A stretch of DNA of 64,000 nucleotides from Oligoflexales bacterium (GCA_965215515.1 OZ244057.1:928001-992000); one strand, 5' to 3'. Positions 39,518 through 49,200 are shown, counted from the stretch's first letter. Numbers and translations are program-made. The notes: generated by a model not told the origin, from the letters alone.

Positions 39518-41314
39518 TTAGGGGTGAAGCTGCTTTGCTGCGTCTACGTAACTGCGAATATATAGGTGCAGTCCTTCTACCATATTAGTAGCTAGCTGCG
39601 GGTCGAAAAGTGGGTGAAAGATCGCTTCGAGTTGTGCCGTTGTGATGCTGTCTAAACGAGCAATAAAATCAGCATCGGTGTAAAATGCTTTACTATTTTC
39701 ACGCAACTCCTCAAAGTGCCGACCATACAGGCCTTGGTCGACACGGGGATAATCAAAAGCTTGTTCTGAGTCAATACTTATAAGTCTTCCGGCAATAGGA
39801 TTAATCTTATTATCGTAGTAACCAGATCGGTCGCGGTCCCCTGTCAATAAAAAGAAAGTCCTGTTTCTGGTCGTAATGTGGTGGGTTTCAGAGGAGATGT
39901 CTTTGCCAATCAGTTCGAGATAACTCTTGTATTGTTTGTGGAAGTCGTCACCCATACCGTTGATGAACAACTGCACTGCTCCTTTGTAATTACCTATCTT
40001 TAGTGGCACCGTGATAGGGAAAACATGCAGGCCCAGCAACTGGTCTAATCTGTATGCTGCAATTTCCCGTTGTGGCCAAGCAACAAGACGTTCTTCTGGT
40101 GAGTGAGTACTTTTATATACTCCCTTCAAACCACTGCTGAATTCAAGCAACAGAGGTTTAGTAAATCCTCCAGGCAAGGTATCTTTGCTAATTATTTTAT
40201 CGTTCATCAGCACATCTTCTATTATTTTTTTCATCGCCGTAGCTTCAGAGGTGAACCCACGCTCAGCTAATTTCCAGATAACTTCCTGTAGATTACCGAG
40301 TTTTACCAAAGCAGTTAACTCGCTGTTGATCGTTGTGCTGTTAATGATTGTAGATATTTTCTCAGCCAGCTCAGGAGCATATTTCACTTCAGGCAGACCG
40401 TCAGTTAAATTCTTGGTGACATCGTATATGTTGTGCCAATATTCAAGAGAGTGCTTATGCTCATCCTCAAGTTTATGTATAGCTGAGTACTTTGGATATT
40501 TTTTGTCAAAATCAGTGTTGATTTTACGAATATGATCTTCGCGAATTTGCCACTCACTATGATGATACAGTCCCTTTATCTTATCAATTTGTGCGTCTCG
40601 CTGTGTGATTGCCGTTGCTATTTCTTCAGATGAGTGGGAGTCAGGATATTGCTGGTGGATTGCTGCTAATTTTTTGGCTTTTTCAATTTCTAAAGCCGCT
40701 ACCCTTCCCTCGTAGATACCACGTAAATCTGCGACACTCATTTTTTTGCCATCTTGCGCTTCTAGTTGTAAAGCCTTACCGTGTTCAATAGTTGAGGTAT
40801 GTTTTCTGACCAGCGCCGCGGTGTACTCTTTGGCTTCGCGTATTTTTTCAGCCTTACGTGCCGCTTCCTCCAGCGCAAGTGCTTCTTTTTTACGTGCCGC
40901 TTCCTCCAGCGCAAGTGCTTCCTTTTCTTCAGCTATGCGTATTTTTTCAGCCTTACGTGCCGCTTCCTCCAGCGCAAGTGCTTCTTTTTTACGTGCCGCT
41001 TCCTCCAGCGCAAGTGCTTCCTTTTCTTCAGCTATGCGTATTTTTTCAGCCCTACGTGCCGCTTTTTCTAGTGCTTCTTTTTCTCGTGCCGCTTTTTCTA
41101 GTGCTTCTTTCAGTAACTTACTCTTAGCGGCTTTACGTTTACCGATAACCACCGCCGTCACCGCTACCACAACCGTTGCGACAATCAGTGCAACGGACTT
41201 CAAGGGGGCGCGTGGATCTTCCTCTGCTTCACTGTCCGCAGCAAAACCTGGAGTAACCGATAACGACACCGTAAGGACAAATACAATTAGCTTGGTCATG
41301 ATCTGCCTTCCCAT
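39518..41314 (-). CDS. Protein with signal+TM leader, coiled-coil repeats and C-terminal PI3/PI4-kinase-like atypical kinase domain
   Basis: GVYK, REIAAYRLDQLLGL, GAVQLF, DRDR...N and ISIDSEQAF kinase-like motifs. Confidence 0.75.
   Translation of the reverse strand: MGRQIMTKLIVFVLTVSLSVTPGFAADSEAEEDPRAPLKSVALIVATVVVAVTAVVIGKRKAAKSKLLKEALEKAAREKEALEKAARRAEKIRIAEEKEALALEEAARKKEALALEEAARKAEKIRIAEEKEALALEEAARKKEALALEEAARKAEKIREAKEYTAALVRKHTSTIEHGKALQLEAQDGKKMSVADLRGIYEGRVAALEIEKAKKLAAIHQQYPDSHSSEEIATAITQRDAQIDKIKGLYHHSEWQIREDHIRKINTDFDKKYPKYSAIHKLEDEHKHSLEYWHNIYDVTKNLTDGLPEVKYAPELAEKISTIINSTTINSELTALVKLGNLQEVIWKLAERGFTSEATAMKKIIEDVLMNDKIISKDTLPGGFTKPLLLEFSSGLKGVYKSTHSPEERLVAWPQREIAAYRLDQLLGLHVFPITVPLKIGNYKGAVQLFINGMGDDFHKQYKSYLELIGKDISSETHHITTRNRTFFLLTGDRDRSGYYDNKINPIAGRLISIDSEQAFDYPRVDQGLYGRHFEELRENSKAFYTDADFIARLDSITTAQLEAIFHPLFDPQLATNMVEGLHLYIRSYVDAAKQLHP
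40838..41062. repeat. Tandem 99-bp coding repeat (2 identical copies plus a partial one, with 36-bp subrepeats)
   Basis: Units start at 40838, 40937 and 41036; each encodes IAEEKEALALEEAARKKEALALEEAARKAEKIR. Confidence 0.92.
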
Positions 41315-41347
41315 TTTAATTTCAGGGAAAATAACAACCTAGGAGAG

Positions 41348-41376
41348 ATTGTACTTCATAGAACGATTAATAGCAA
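41348..41376 (-). promoter_or_regulatory. Sigma-70 promoter of the kinase-like gene
   Basis: TTGCTA-N17-TACAAT in AT-rich DNA. Confidence 0.5.
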
Positions 41377-41492
41377 CCTATTTATATTGTTTTATATGGT
41401 ATTTTAATAATTAATTACGAATATAAACATAGTGCCCGTTTAAAGCCGCACCCCCAAACAACTGTCAGTCATGAAATATTGTGTGCGGGCCG

Positions 41493-42221
41493 CTAGCCCT
41501 TGCTCGTCACGGGTTGGAGATGCAGTGTGCTCGCCCCGATCCGAATCCGATCGCGGCTTGTAACCCTGCGCAAGCCGCTGATTTTTTTGTCGTTGACGAA
41601 AGTGCCGGTGCGAGAATTGTGGTCTTTAATAAAGACTTCGCCGCGGCTGTTAATTCTGATCAAGAGATGACGGCTGGAGATGGCAGGGTCACGGTTAAAG
41701 TTGCCGATGACGCTGTCGCGGCCGAGCCAGGTTTCTTCACGATCGAGACTCAGCACCTCGCTGCTGAGGTCGGGGTAAGTGGCTTTGATCTTCAGGACAT
41801 AGGTACGGCGGTTTTCTCCCAACATGGTCTCCAGCATGGTGCGTTGCCCTGAGCTGCGCCGTACCCGATACTTGTCAAACAGCGGTATCGACGAAGCTTT
41901 ATGGGCTGCAACGAGTTGGAAACAGAACTTCGTCTTGCCAAGACGAATGATGTCCTGCGCGGCGAGAGGTGCTTTGACGACCTTGTCGTCGTTGAGATAC
42001 GTGCCGTTGGTGGAGTTCATGTCGAAGATAAAATACGTCCCGTCGATGTCTTGGATCTGACAATGGCTGGCTGAAACCTCCGAGTCATCGACGATAATAT
42101 CTGCCTTCTCGCGCCCGATGATGGTCGAGGGATGTTTAAGCTTGACGGTAAACGACGGAGTGCCTCGCCGCGGGAAAAACTCAATGACACCACGCATAGG
42201 ATCCGATTTAGGTTGACTCAT
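41493..42221 (-). CDS. Double FHA-domain protein
   Basis: IGR...VSASH...DMNSTNGT and LGR...ISSRH...DHNSRTGT. Confidence 0.92.
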   Translation of the reverse strand: MSQPKSDPMRGVIEFFPRRGTPSFTVKLKHPSTIIGREKADIIVDDSEVSASHCQIQDIDGTYFIFDMNSTNGTYLNDDKVVKAPLAAQDIIRLGKTKFCFQLVAAHKASSIPLFDKYRVRRSSGQRTMLETMLGENRRTYVLKIKATYPDLSSEVLSLDREETWLGRDSVIGNFNRDPAISSRHLLIRINSRGEVFIKDHNSRTGTFVNDKKISGLRRVTSRDRIRIGASTLHLQPVTSKG

Positions 42222-42273
42222 TTTAGCTCATGACAATATTATCGCATACGTCCATGTTACCCATACCGAGGCG

Positions 42274-42552
42274 ATGATGCAAAGGGAGGACACCGTAGAC
42301 GCGACAAAGGTGGAGTTTTCGCAGCTGGTGCTGAGTCTCTGCTCCCTCGCCCTGCGTAGTCTGGGTGAGGTATCCGACAGCAACGAAGGTAGGGTCGATC
42401 TGCCCACCGCGTGCTATAACATCGCTATCCTCACCATGCTGAGGGACAAGACACGCGGCAACCTCAGCGACGAAGAACAGCAACAACTCGACGAGCTGCT
42501 CTCCGACCTGCAGCTGAAATACGCGGCAGCCGCTGATTCCGATGGGGCATAG
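42274..42552 (+). CDS. DUF1844 family protein
   Basis: FSQLVLSL...LG...VDLPTA..NIAILTMLRDKTRGNLSDEE..LL..LL.DLQLKY. Confidence 0.85.
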   Translation: MMQREDTVDATKVEFSQLVLSLCSLALRSLGEVSDSNEGRVDLPTACYNIAILTMLRDKTRGNLSDEEQQQLDELLSDLQLKYAAAADSDGA

Positions 42553-42621
42553 CTGAGCGGTAAGGGATGGGGATAAGGATCGCGATTTGTTTTTTGTCGC
42601 ACACATGTAGTGTTCGTCCGA

Positions 42622-42693
42622 TGGGGCATAGCCAAGCGGTAAGGCACCGGGTTTTGATCCCGACATGCGCAGGTTCGAATCCTGCTGCCCCAG
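42622..42693 (+). tRNA. tRNA-Gln (UUG)
   Basis: Acceptor stem TGGGGCA/TGCCCCA, D-arm GCCAAGCGGTAAGGC, anticodon loop TTTTGAT, T-arm GGTTCGAATCC; CCA not encoded. Confidence 0.95.
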
Positions 42694-42742
42694 TTAGCGT
42701 AGGAATTCAAGACAGCGAGATACCCGCGCACACACAGGGGCG

Positions 42743-44005
42743 GTGGTGAGTAAGGCTGACATCGTCGTCGGAGCGCAGTGGGGCGATGAAGGCAAGGGCA
42801 AGTGGGTGCACCGCCGCGCCTGTGATTACGACTTGGTCGTGCGTTTTCAGGGAGGCAACAACGCAGGACACACCGTCTATCATCGGGGGCAAAAGGTTGT
42901 GTTGCACCACCTGCCCGCGGCGATACTCTACCCGCAAGTCGCCTGTGCCTTGACCGCAGACATGGTTATCGACCCCATCGCCCTCGCCCAAGAACTCCAC
43001 ACCCTGGCAAGGCACGTGCACATCACACCCGCACGTCTGTGGGTTTCGCAGGCAGCACACGTCGTAACCCCGTGGCATATTCGGCAGGATCAAGAGCGCG
43101 AACGCACCCAGACTAGACCGATCGGCACTACAGGTCGCGGCATCGGCCCCACCTACAGCACGCGTGCCTTACGCTGCGGTCTGCGTATGGCAGACTATAT
43201 CGATACGACGCAACGCAAGACATGGGTCACCCAAATGCAGCCCGAACCGCACTTCGCCGCCAGCCAACACGACGACCACATGGCCTGGGAGCGTTTCGCA
43301 CAAGCGGCGGACTTCCTACGTCCCTACGTCTGCGCCGCAGAAGCACAGGTGCGACAAAAAATCCGTGCTCACGCCGCGGTGCTGTGCGAAGGCGCACAAG
43401 GGGTGTTACTCGACCTCAGCTGCGGCACGTATCCCTACGTCACCGCCAGCTCGACACTGGCGGCGGCAGCCTTGTGCAGTATCGGTTTGCCCCCCCACGC
43501 CTGCGGAAAAATTTACGGTATCGCCAAAGCTTACCTGACCCGCGTCGGCAACGGCCCCTTCCCCTCCGAGCTGCACGGCGACACCGCGGCACAGCTGCGC
43601 ACACGCGGTGCGGAGTTTGGTGCGACAACCCAGCGAGCACGGCGTGTCGGCTGGCTCGATTGCCTGGCCTTGCGCTATGCACAGGAACTGAACGGTTTCG
43701 ACGGCCTCGTGCTGAACAAGCTCGATGTTCTCTCGGGTCTACCCGCCGTCAAGCTGTGTGTCGCTTACGAACACCCTGAGTTGGGGCAACTGCTTGAATT
43801 TCCTTGTGACTATCGTATACTAGAGAAATGCCGGCCCGTTTGGGAAGAATACGAAGGGTGGGCGACAAACATCCCAACACGGGGGCACATTACTGCCCTA
43901 CCACCCGCGGCAGCGGTTTTCGTGCGCCGCATCGAAGAGGTCGCCCGATGCACGCTTATCGGGGTGGGGACGGGTGTCGCGGCGGAGGATTTTCTGGTAC
44001 GGTGA
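42743..44005 (+). CDS. purA: Adenylosuccinate synthetase
   Basis: GAQWGDEGKGK, QGGNNAGHT, IGTTGRGIGPTY, EGAQG, TRVGNGPFP, KLDVL. Confidence 0.98.
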   Translation: MVSKADIVVGAQWGDEGKGKWVHRRACDYDLVVRFQGGNNAGHTVYHRGQKVVLHHLPAAILYPQVACALTADMVIDPIALAQELHTLARHVHITPARLWVSQAAHVVTPWHIRQDQERERTQTRPIGTTGRGIGPTYSTRALRCGLRMADYIDTTQRKTWVTQMQPEPHFAASQHDDHMAWERFAQAADFLRPYVCAAEAQVRQKIRAHAAVLCEGAQGVLLDLSCGTYPYVTASSTLAAAALCSIGLPPHACGKIYGIAKAYLTRVGNGPFPSELHGDTAAQLRTRGAEFGATTQRARRVGWLDCLALRYAQELNGFDGLVLNKLDVLSGLPAVKLCVAYEHPELGQLLEFPCDYRILEKCRPVWEEYEGWATNIPTRGHITALPPAAAVFVRRIEEVARCTLIGVGTGVAAEDFLVR

Positions 44006-44041
44006 TCTTTTTGTAAAAACAAACCTCTACGGAGACACGCT

Positions 44042-46621
44042 TTGGCCGCCCCTAAAAGTCTCGTCATCGTCGAGTCGCCCGCGAAAGCGCGCACCATCAA
44101 CAGATATCTCGGTCGGCAATACATCGTTAAATCCAGCGTCGGGCACGTGCGTGACCTACCTGCCAGCGGTAGAGGAGGCAAAAAAAAGACCGCCGCGCAG
44201 AAAAAAACCACGTCCAAAAGATCCTCCCACGACACGCTGCTCAACCGCTTGGCGGTCGATCCCGACAACAACTGGCGAGCCTATTACGAAATCCTGCCAG
44301 GCAAGGAGAAAGTACTGAAGGAATTGCAAGCACTGGCCAAAACCGCCGATGCCATCTACCTCGCCACCGACCTCGACCGCGAAGGAGAAGCGATCGCCTG
44401 GCACCTGTGCGAAGCGATCGGCGGCGCAGAAGAACGTTATCGGCGTGTAACCTTCAGCGAAATCACCCGCAAAGCGGTGCAAGAGGCTTTCGCCCGCCCG
44501 CAAACAATCAACATGGATCGCGTCAACGCCCAACAGGCACGGCGTTTCCTCGATCGGGTCGTCGGCTACATGGTATCGCCCCTATTGTGGAAAAAAATCG
44601 CCCGCGGTCTGTCGGCGGGGCGCGTGCAGTCGGTCGCCGTCAAGTTAATCGCTCAACGCGAGAAGGCGATTAATGCCTTCCAAATCGAAGAATTCTGGGA
44701 AGTTTTTTGCCATCTTAACGACCGCAGCCCGCTCAAAGCGCAGGTCGTCAAGGAACACGACAGGCCGTTCCGTCCCACGACCAAAGACAGCTGTGCACAG
44801 AAAGGCGCACGCCTGCGACAGTGCCGCTTCATCGTCAAAGCCTGTGAGAAGAAAGCCGCCCAGTCGCGACCACCCGCGCCCTTGATTACTTCCACCCTAC
44901 AGCAAGCGGCAAGCACCAGACTCGGTTTTGGCGTGCGCAAGACGATGATGTTTGCTCAACGCCTCTACGAAGCAGGACACATCACCTACATGCGTACCGA
45001 CTCGACCAACGTCAGCAAAGACGCTATCGCTGCCTGCCGCACCTACCTCAAACGCACCTGCGCCGCGCCGTATTTGCCTCCCCAACCCAACGTCTACGCC
45101 AGTGGCAAGGGTGCACAGGAGGCACACGAGGCCATCCGCCCCACGGAGGTAGGGCTCGCACCCTCAGACTTTGTCTTCAAGGAGGCAGAAGCGGTGCGTC
45201 TGTACGATTTGATCTGGCGTTATTTCGTTGCCAGCCAGATGACCCGCGCCGAATTCGACACGACGACAGTCACCATCGCGGCAGGGGAATTTGAGCTAAA
45301 AGTACGCGGCCGTATCCTGAAATTCGACGGCTACCAGAAGATATTGCCCCCTGTCAGCAAAGAAAACGATGTGGTCTTGCCAGTGTTACACGCGGGCGAA
45401 GAGCTGAAGCTACTCGATATCGAAGCAAACCAACGTTTCACCCGTCCACCACCGCGCTACTCGGAAGCGGCACTGGTCAAAGAACTGGAAAAGAGCGGGA
45501 TCGGACGACCGTCGACCTACGCGAGCATTATCTCCACCATTCAGGAGCGCGGTTACGTAAGGATAGAGAAGAAACGCTTTTACCTGCTGAAGATGGGTGA
45601 CATCGTCACCAGTCGCTTGGAAGAAAATTTCCAGCGACTGATGGATTTCGGTTTTACCGCCAGTATGGAAGAGGAGCTGGACGCTATCGCGGGAGGACGA
45701 GCACAATGGTTGCAGGTGCTGGACGATTTTTACGGCGATTTTAGTGCCACCCTGCAGGCAGCGGAAAAAAACATGCGCCCCAACACCCCCACCGAGGTCA
45801 AACTCAAGTGTAAGTGCGGACGCAACATGATGATCAGAAATGCCTCGACAGGGGTGTTTTTGAGTTGTTCGGGCTACCAGCTGCCGCCGCAAGAACGCTG
45901 CAAAGAAACCATCAATCTCGTCGCAGGCGAAGAGACGGCCAGCGATGATGGAGTGAAAGAACTGCAAGCACGGCATCGCTGCCCCGATTGTGCGACGGCG
46001 ATGACTGCCTACCTGATCGATGCCCAACGACGTTTGCACATCTGCGCCAACAATCCCGACTGCCCCGCATACGAGATCGAGCACGGCAGTTTCAAAATCA
46101 AAGGCTACGACGGCCCCATCATCGCTTGCGACAAATGCGGTCAGGACATGCAGTTGAAAACAGGACGCTTCGGTAAGTATTTTTCTTGCACCACCTACCC
46201 CGCGTGCAAGAATACCCGCAAGCTATTGCGCAACGGCGAAGCCGCCCCCCCCCGTGCCGACCCCGTGCCCATGCCAGAGTTGCCGTGCGAGAAGTCGGAC
46301 GGCCATTTTGTCCTGCGTGACGGAGCATCGGGACTTTTCCTCGCCTCGAGCGACTACCCACGCTCACGAGAGACACGCACCCCACTGGTCGAAGACCTGC
46401 AGCGACACGCCAGCGAAATCGATCCGAAATTCAAATTTTTGCTGGAAGCACCGACAACGGACAGCGAAGGCAACAAGGTGGCAATCAAATTCAGCCGCAA
46501 AACACGCAGCTACTATCTCGTCGGGATGGTGATACAAGAACGCAGCAAAGGTCAACGCACTCACAAACCGAGTGCATGGTCTGCCAGCTGGATCGACGGC
46601 AAGTGGCAGGAGCGAAAATGA
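44042..46621 (+). CDS. topA: DNA topoisomerase I (type IA)
   Basis: LVIVESPAKA, DLDREGEAIAWH, SAGRVQS, ITYMRTDS, GIGRPSTY, C-terminal zinc ribbons. Confidence 0.98.
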   Translation: MAAPKSLVIVESPAKARTINRYLGRQYIVKSSVGHVRDLPASGRGGKKKTAAQKKTTSKRSSHDTLLNRLAVDPDNNWRAYYEILPGKEKVLKELQALAKTADAIYLATDLDREGEAIAWHLCEAIGGAEERYRRVTFSEITRKAVQEAFARPQTINMDRVNAQQARRFLDRVVGYMVSPLLWKKIARGLSAGRVQSVAVKLIAQREKAINAFQIEEFWEVFCHLNDRSPLKAQVVKEHDRPFRPTTKDSCAQKGARLRQCRFIVKACEKKAAQSRPPAPLITSTLQQAASTRLGFGVRKTMMFAQRLYEAGHITYMRTDSTNVSKDAIAACRTYLKRTCAAPYLPPQPNVYASGKGAQEAHEAIRPTEVGLAPSDFVFKEAEAVRLYDLIWRYFVASQMTRAEFDTTTVTIAAGEFELKVRGRILKFDGYQKILPPVSKENDVVLPVLHAGEELKLLDIEANQRFTRPPPRYSEAALVKELEKSGIGRPSTYASIISTIQERGYVRIEKKRFYLLKMGDIVTSRLEENFQRLMDFGFTASMEEELDAIAGGRAQWLQVLDDFYGDFSATLQAAEKNMRPNTPTEVKLKCKCGRNMMIRNASTGVFLSCSGYQLPPQERCKETINLVAGEETASDDGVKELQARHRCPDCATAMTAYLIDAQRRLHICANNPDCPAYEIEHGSFKIKGYDGPIIACDKCGQDMQLKTGRFGKYFSCTTYPACKNTRKLLRNGEAAPPRADPVPMPELPCEKSDGHFVLRDGASGLFLASSDYPRSRETRTPLVEDLQRHASEIDPKFKFLLEAPTTDSEGNKVAIKFSRKTRSYYLVGMVIQERSKGQRTHKPSAWSASWIDGKWQERK

Positions 46622-46660
46622 GCCGTGCGGCCCATTTCCTCGTGCCGAGCCCCGCGGCGG

Positions 46661-47098
46661 TTACGAAGCGTGAATGGCTTCCAACATGGCGTTGAGTTCG
46701 CGTTTCTGCGTGGTGCGCAACGCGGTTTTCTTGTGAATCAGGTAGGTGATCGATTTCTTCGCATTGGACGTTATGTTGGCATACTCGCGGTTGTCGAGTT
46801 CGCCAAAACGCTTGATCATCTTGTCGTAGACCACATCGCGATCGATCTTCGCCCCCGTCGACCACGTGCCTTTCTTGATCGCGTTAACTGTCAACGCCAC
46901 GAGACGACTGAACCGCGCCCCCTCCGTGCCGCTGTTGCGGCGACCACCGCGCCGTCCCCTTCCTTTAAGATGAACGAGCAATTCGTCATACGAATACGAG
47001 AGACTCGATTCGACCTCCTTCCTCCCCAGTGGTGTGTTCTGCACCGATGACCAGACGATGTTAAGAACATCACCCGATCGTAGTTCAACAGCTGCCAT
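46661..47098 (-). CDS. Basic hypothetical protein
   Basis: 145-aa ORF with strong GGAGG RBS; Lys/Arg-rich. Confidence 0.65.
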   Translation of the reverse strand: MAAVELRSGDVLNIVWSSVQNTPLGRKEVESSLSYSYDELLVHLKGRGRRGGRRNSGTEGARFSRLVALTVNAIKKGTWSTGAKIDRDVVYDKMIKRFGELDNREYANITSNAKKSITYLIHKKTALRTTQKRELNAMLEAIHAS

Positions 47099-47277
47099 GA
47101 CTTCCTCCCCCTAACAGGATATTAAAGAAAACTAAACAACCAGACGGAACTGCCTATCGACAACAGACACTCCCGCAACCAACACAGACGTGCTTTCACA
47201 AGCACCCAAACGCCCCTGCACCTGACAATTTTCTGTGGGCGTGTGTAATAGTTACATAGACAACTGTCAATAGCGGA

Positions 47278-49200
47278 CTAGGGATTTTTTATTTTTTGTG
47301 CGTTATCTTCCAAACGGAGCAGCAGCTCTTGTTCACTGATAAGCGGAATATTAAGCCTACGCGCCGCTTTCACCTTGCTGGAGGTCGATGCAGGATCGGC
47401 CGTGACGACCGCGCTGGTCTGCGACGAGACCGATGTGGCAAGGGTAGCTCCATATCTCTCCAGCAACTCTCGATAGAAGACACGAGACTGTGACAATGCC
47501 CCACTGATGACATACTTCCCCCCGCGCGAGCTGCTGCTCTGTGCGGCGGGGGAGGGTGCGACCTCTATTCCGACCGCGAACAGTTCGTCGAGCAGGGTGC
47601 GTTGTGCCTGCAACCCCTGAGCTATCTGTTGGGCTGATTTGGCTGCGAAACCATCGACAGCACTGATTTCTGCGGCACTGAGGGCGAACAGTGCCTCGAT
47701 CGTCGGCGCAATCCGCAACAGGGCACGCCAGGTCGCCCGCCCCCCGCCGCGAATTCCCAGACCGCTGAGCAGCCGTTCGGGAGGCAGCCGTTTGCTGGCG
47801 GTGATGGCCGCGTGCAGTTTGCTGGCCATCCGCTCCCCTGTCAACGGCACTCGCAACAGGTCATCCCGTGTCAGGCGATAGAGGTCGGGAATTACCTCGA
47901 CCAGCCCCATCGCCATCATCGCCGCGAGACGCTTCTCGCTCAGGTCTCTGATCTCGGCACACTTTACCCAGTTGAGTACCCTGCGCAGCTGCTGAGCGGG
48001 GCAGGTGCGGTTTCCACACCATAAGCGTACCCCATCGTCGCTGAGTCGTGCGGCACAGGAGGGGCAGGTAGTAGGGATCACCAACTCACCTTCACCCTCG
48101 CCCATGACGGAGATAAATTTGGGGATGACTTCACCAGAACGCACGATCTTTATCTCACTACCCCGCTTGAGCTGGTAGAGTTTGACACAAGCGACGTTGT
48201 GCAAGGTGACACGACGAATGGAGGCGTTGTGCAAAAAGACTGGCCCTATCTCCGCCACCGGAGTAACGATGCCGAAGCGCGACGTGTCCCAGACGATGTG
48301 GTTAATTTTTGCCACCGCCGTCTCCCCCTGCCACTTGAACGCCATACGGCCGCGCGGATGGTGGGCGGTGCTGCCCAGGGCGCGGGCGTAGGCGAGGGAG
48401 TTGTAGGAAAACACCGCCCCATCGAGGGGTAATTCGTCTGCGGCACTCTTCTCGCACACCTGTTCGAGATAAGCCGCAACCGCCAACGCGGAAGCTAGCA
48501 GTTGTGGTTCTGGCAGGTCAAAACCGAGTTTCTGCAAAATATCTAGTTTAGCCATTTCCGTAGCTGGCAAGACACCCTCATCGTAGTAGAGCAGGTCGCA
48601 GGCCATGAAGCTGAAGTAGCGCATAAGTTGATGGTGCTCCTTGCGTCCCAGCAGTCCCGCCACCACGTTGCGCGGACTGAGTGGCCGAGGTAGTGCCAAA
48701 GCTTCCATGGCCGCGGCTAGGGCATAGAAACTGGCGGTCTCACAGTATAGCTCGCCGCGTATCTCTAGATGGCGGGTGTCGTCGATGGTGGGGGGAATTG
48801 CCTCTACGTATATGCTTTTGGCGGTAACGTTTTCGCCGCGCTGTCCGTCGCCGCGGGTTTTGGCGACCAGCAACTTGCCCTGCTGGTAGACGAGGCTGAG
48901 GCTGTTGCCGTCTATTTTCAGTGCGCCGACAACTTCCCGTGTCCCCACCCAGCTGTATAGTTCGCTGCGGCTGTAGGTTTTTTGCAACGACAGCATCGGT
49001 ACCACGTGCACGGCTTTCGCTGCCGCCGCGACGACGACCCCCGCCTGCTGCAAGAGCGGATGATCGGGAGCGAGTTGTCGCAATTCTTCTTCACGCGCAT
49101 CGTACTCAAAATCGCTGAGCTGCGGCTCGCCTCGTGCATAGGCAAGACGATGCGCCTCGATCTCAGCTGCCAGCTGTGCGATCTCGTTTTTCACCGACAC
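47278..49200 (-). CDS. ligA: NAD-dependent DNA ligase
   Basis: PMLSL, KIDG, RGDG, EIRGE, AFK, TLHN, SGEVIPK, CPSC zinc finger, BRCT-like tail. Confidence 0.96.
   Translation of the reverse strand: MSVKNEIAQLAAEIEAHRLAYARGEPQLSDFEYDAREEELRQLAPDHPLLQQAGVVVAAAAKAVHVVPMLSLQKTYSRSELYSWVGTREVVGALKIDGNSLSLVYQQGKLLVAKTRGDGQRGENVTAKSIYVEAIPPTIDDTRHLEIRGELYCETASFYALAAAMEALALPRPLSPRNVVAGLLGRKEHHQLMRYFSFMACDLLYYDEGVLPATEMAKLDILQKLGFDLPEPQLLASALAVAAYLEQVCEKSAADELPLDGAVFSYNSLAYARALGSTAHHPRGRMAFKWQGETAVAKINHIVWDTSRFGIVTPVAEIGPVFLHNASIRRVTLHNVACVKLYQLKRGSEIKIVRSGEVIPKFISVMGEGEGELVIPTTCPSCAARLSDDGVRLWCGNRTCPAQQLRRVLNWVKCAEIRDLSEKRLAAMMAMGLVEVIPDLYRLTRDDLLRVPLTGERMASKLHAAITASKRLPPERLLSGLGIRGGGRATWRALLRIAPTIEALFALSAAEISAVDGFAAKSAQQIAQGLQAQRTLLDELFAVGIEVAPSPAAQSSSSRGGKYVISGALSQSRVFYRELLERYGATLATSVSSQTSAVVTADPASTSSKVKAARRLNIPLISEQELLLRLEDNAQKIKNP

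Noticed and set aside
38580..41272. Diversity-generating retroelement or shufflon explaining the repeated leader
   Set aside because: No reverse transcriptase or recombinase is present, mismatches are not adenine-specific, and the repeats are direct and N-terminal.
46661..47098. Bacterial histone or nucleoid protein
   Set aside because: The protein is basic, but no histone-fold or HU signature could be recognised.
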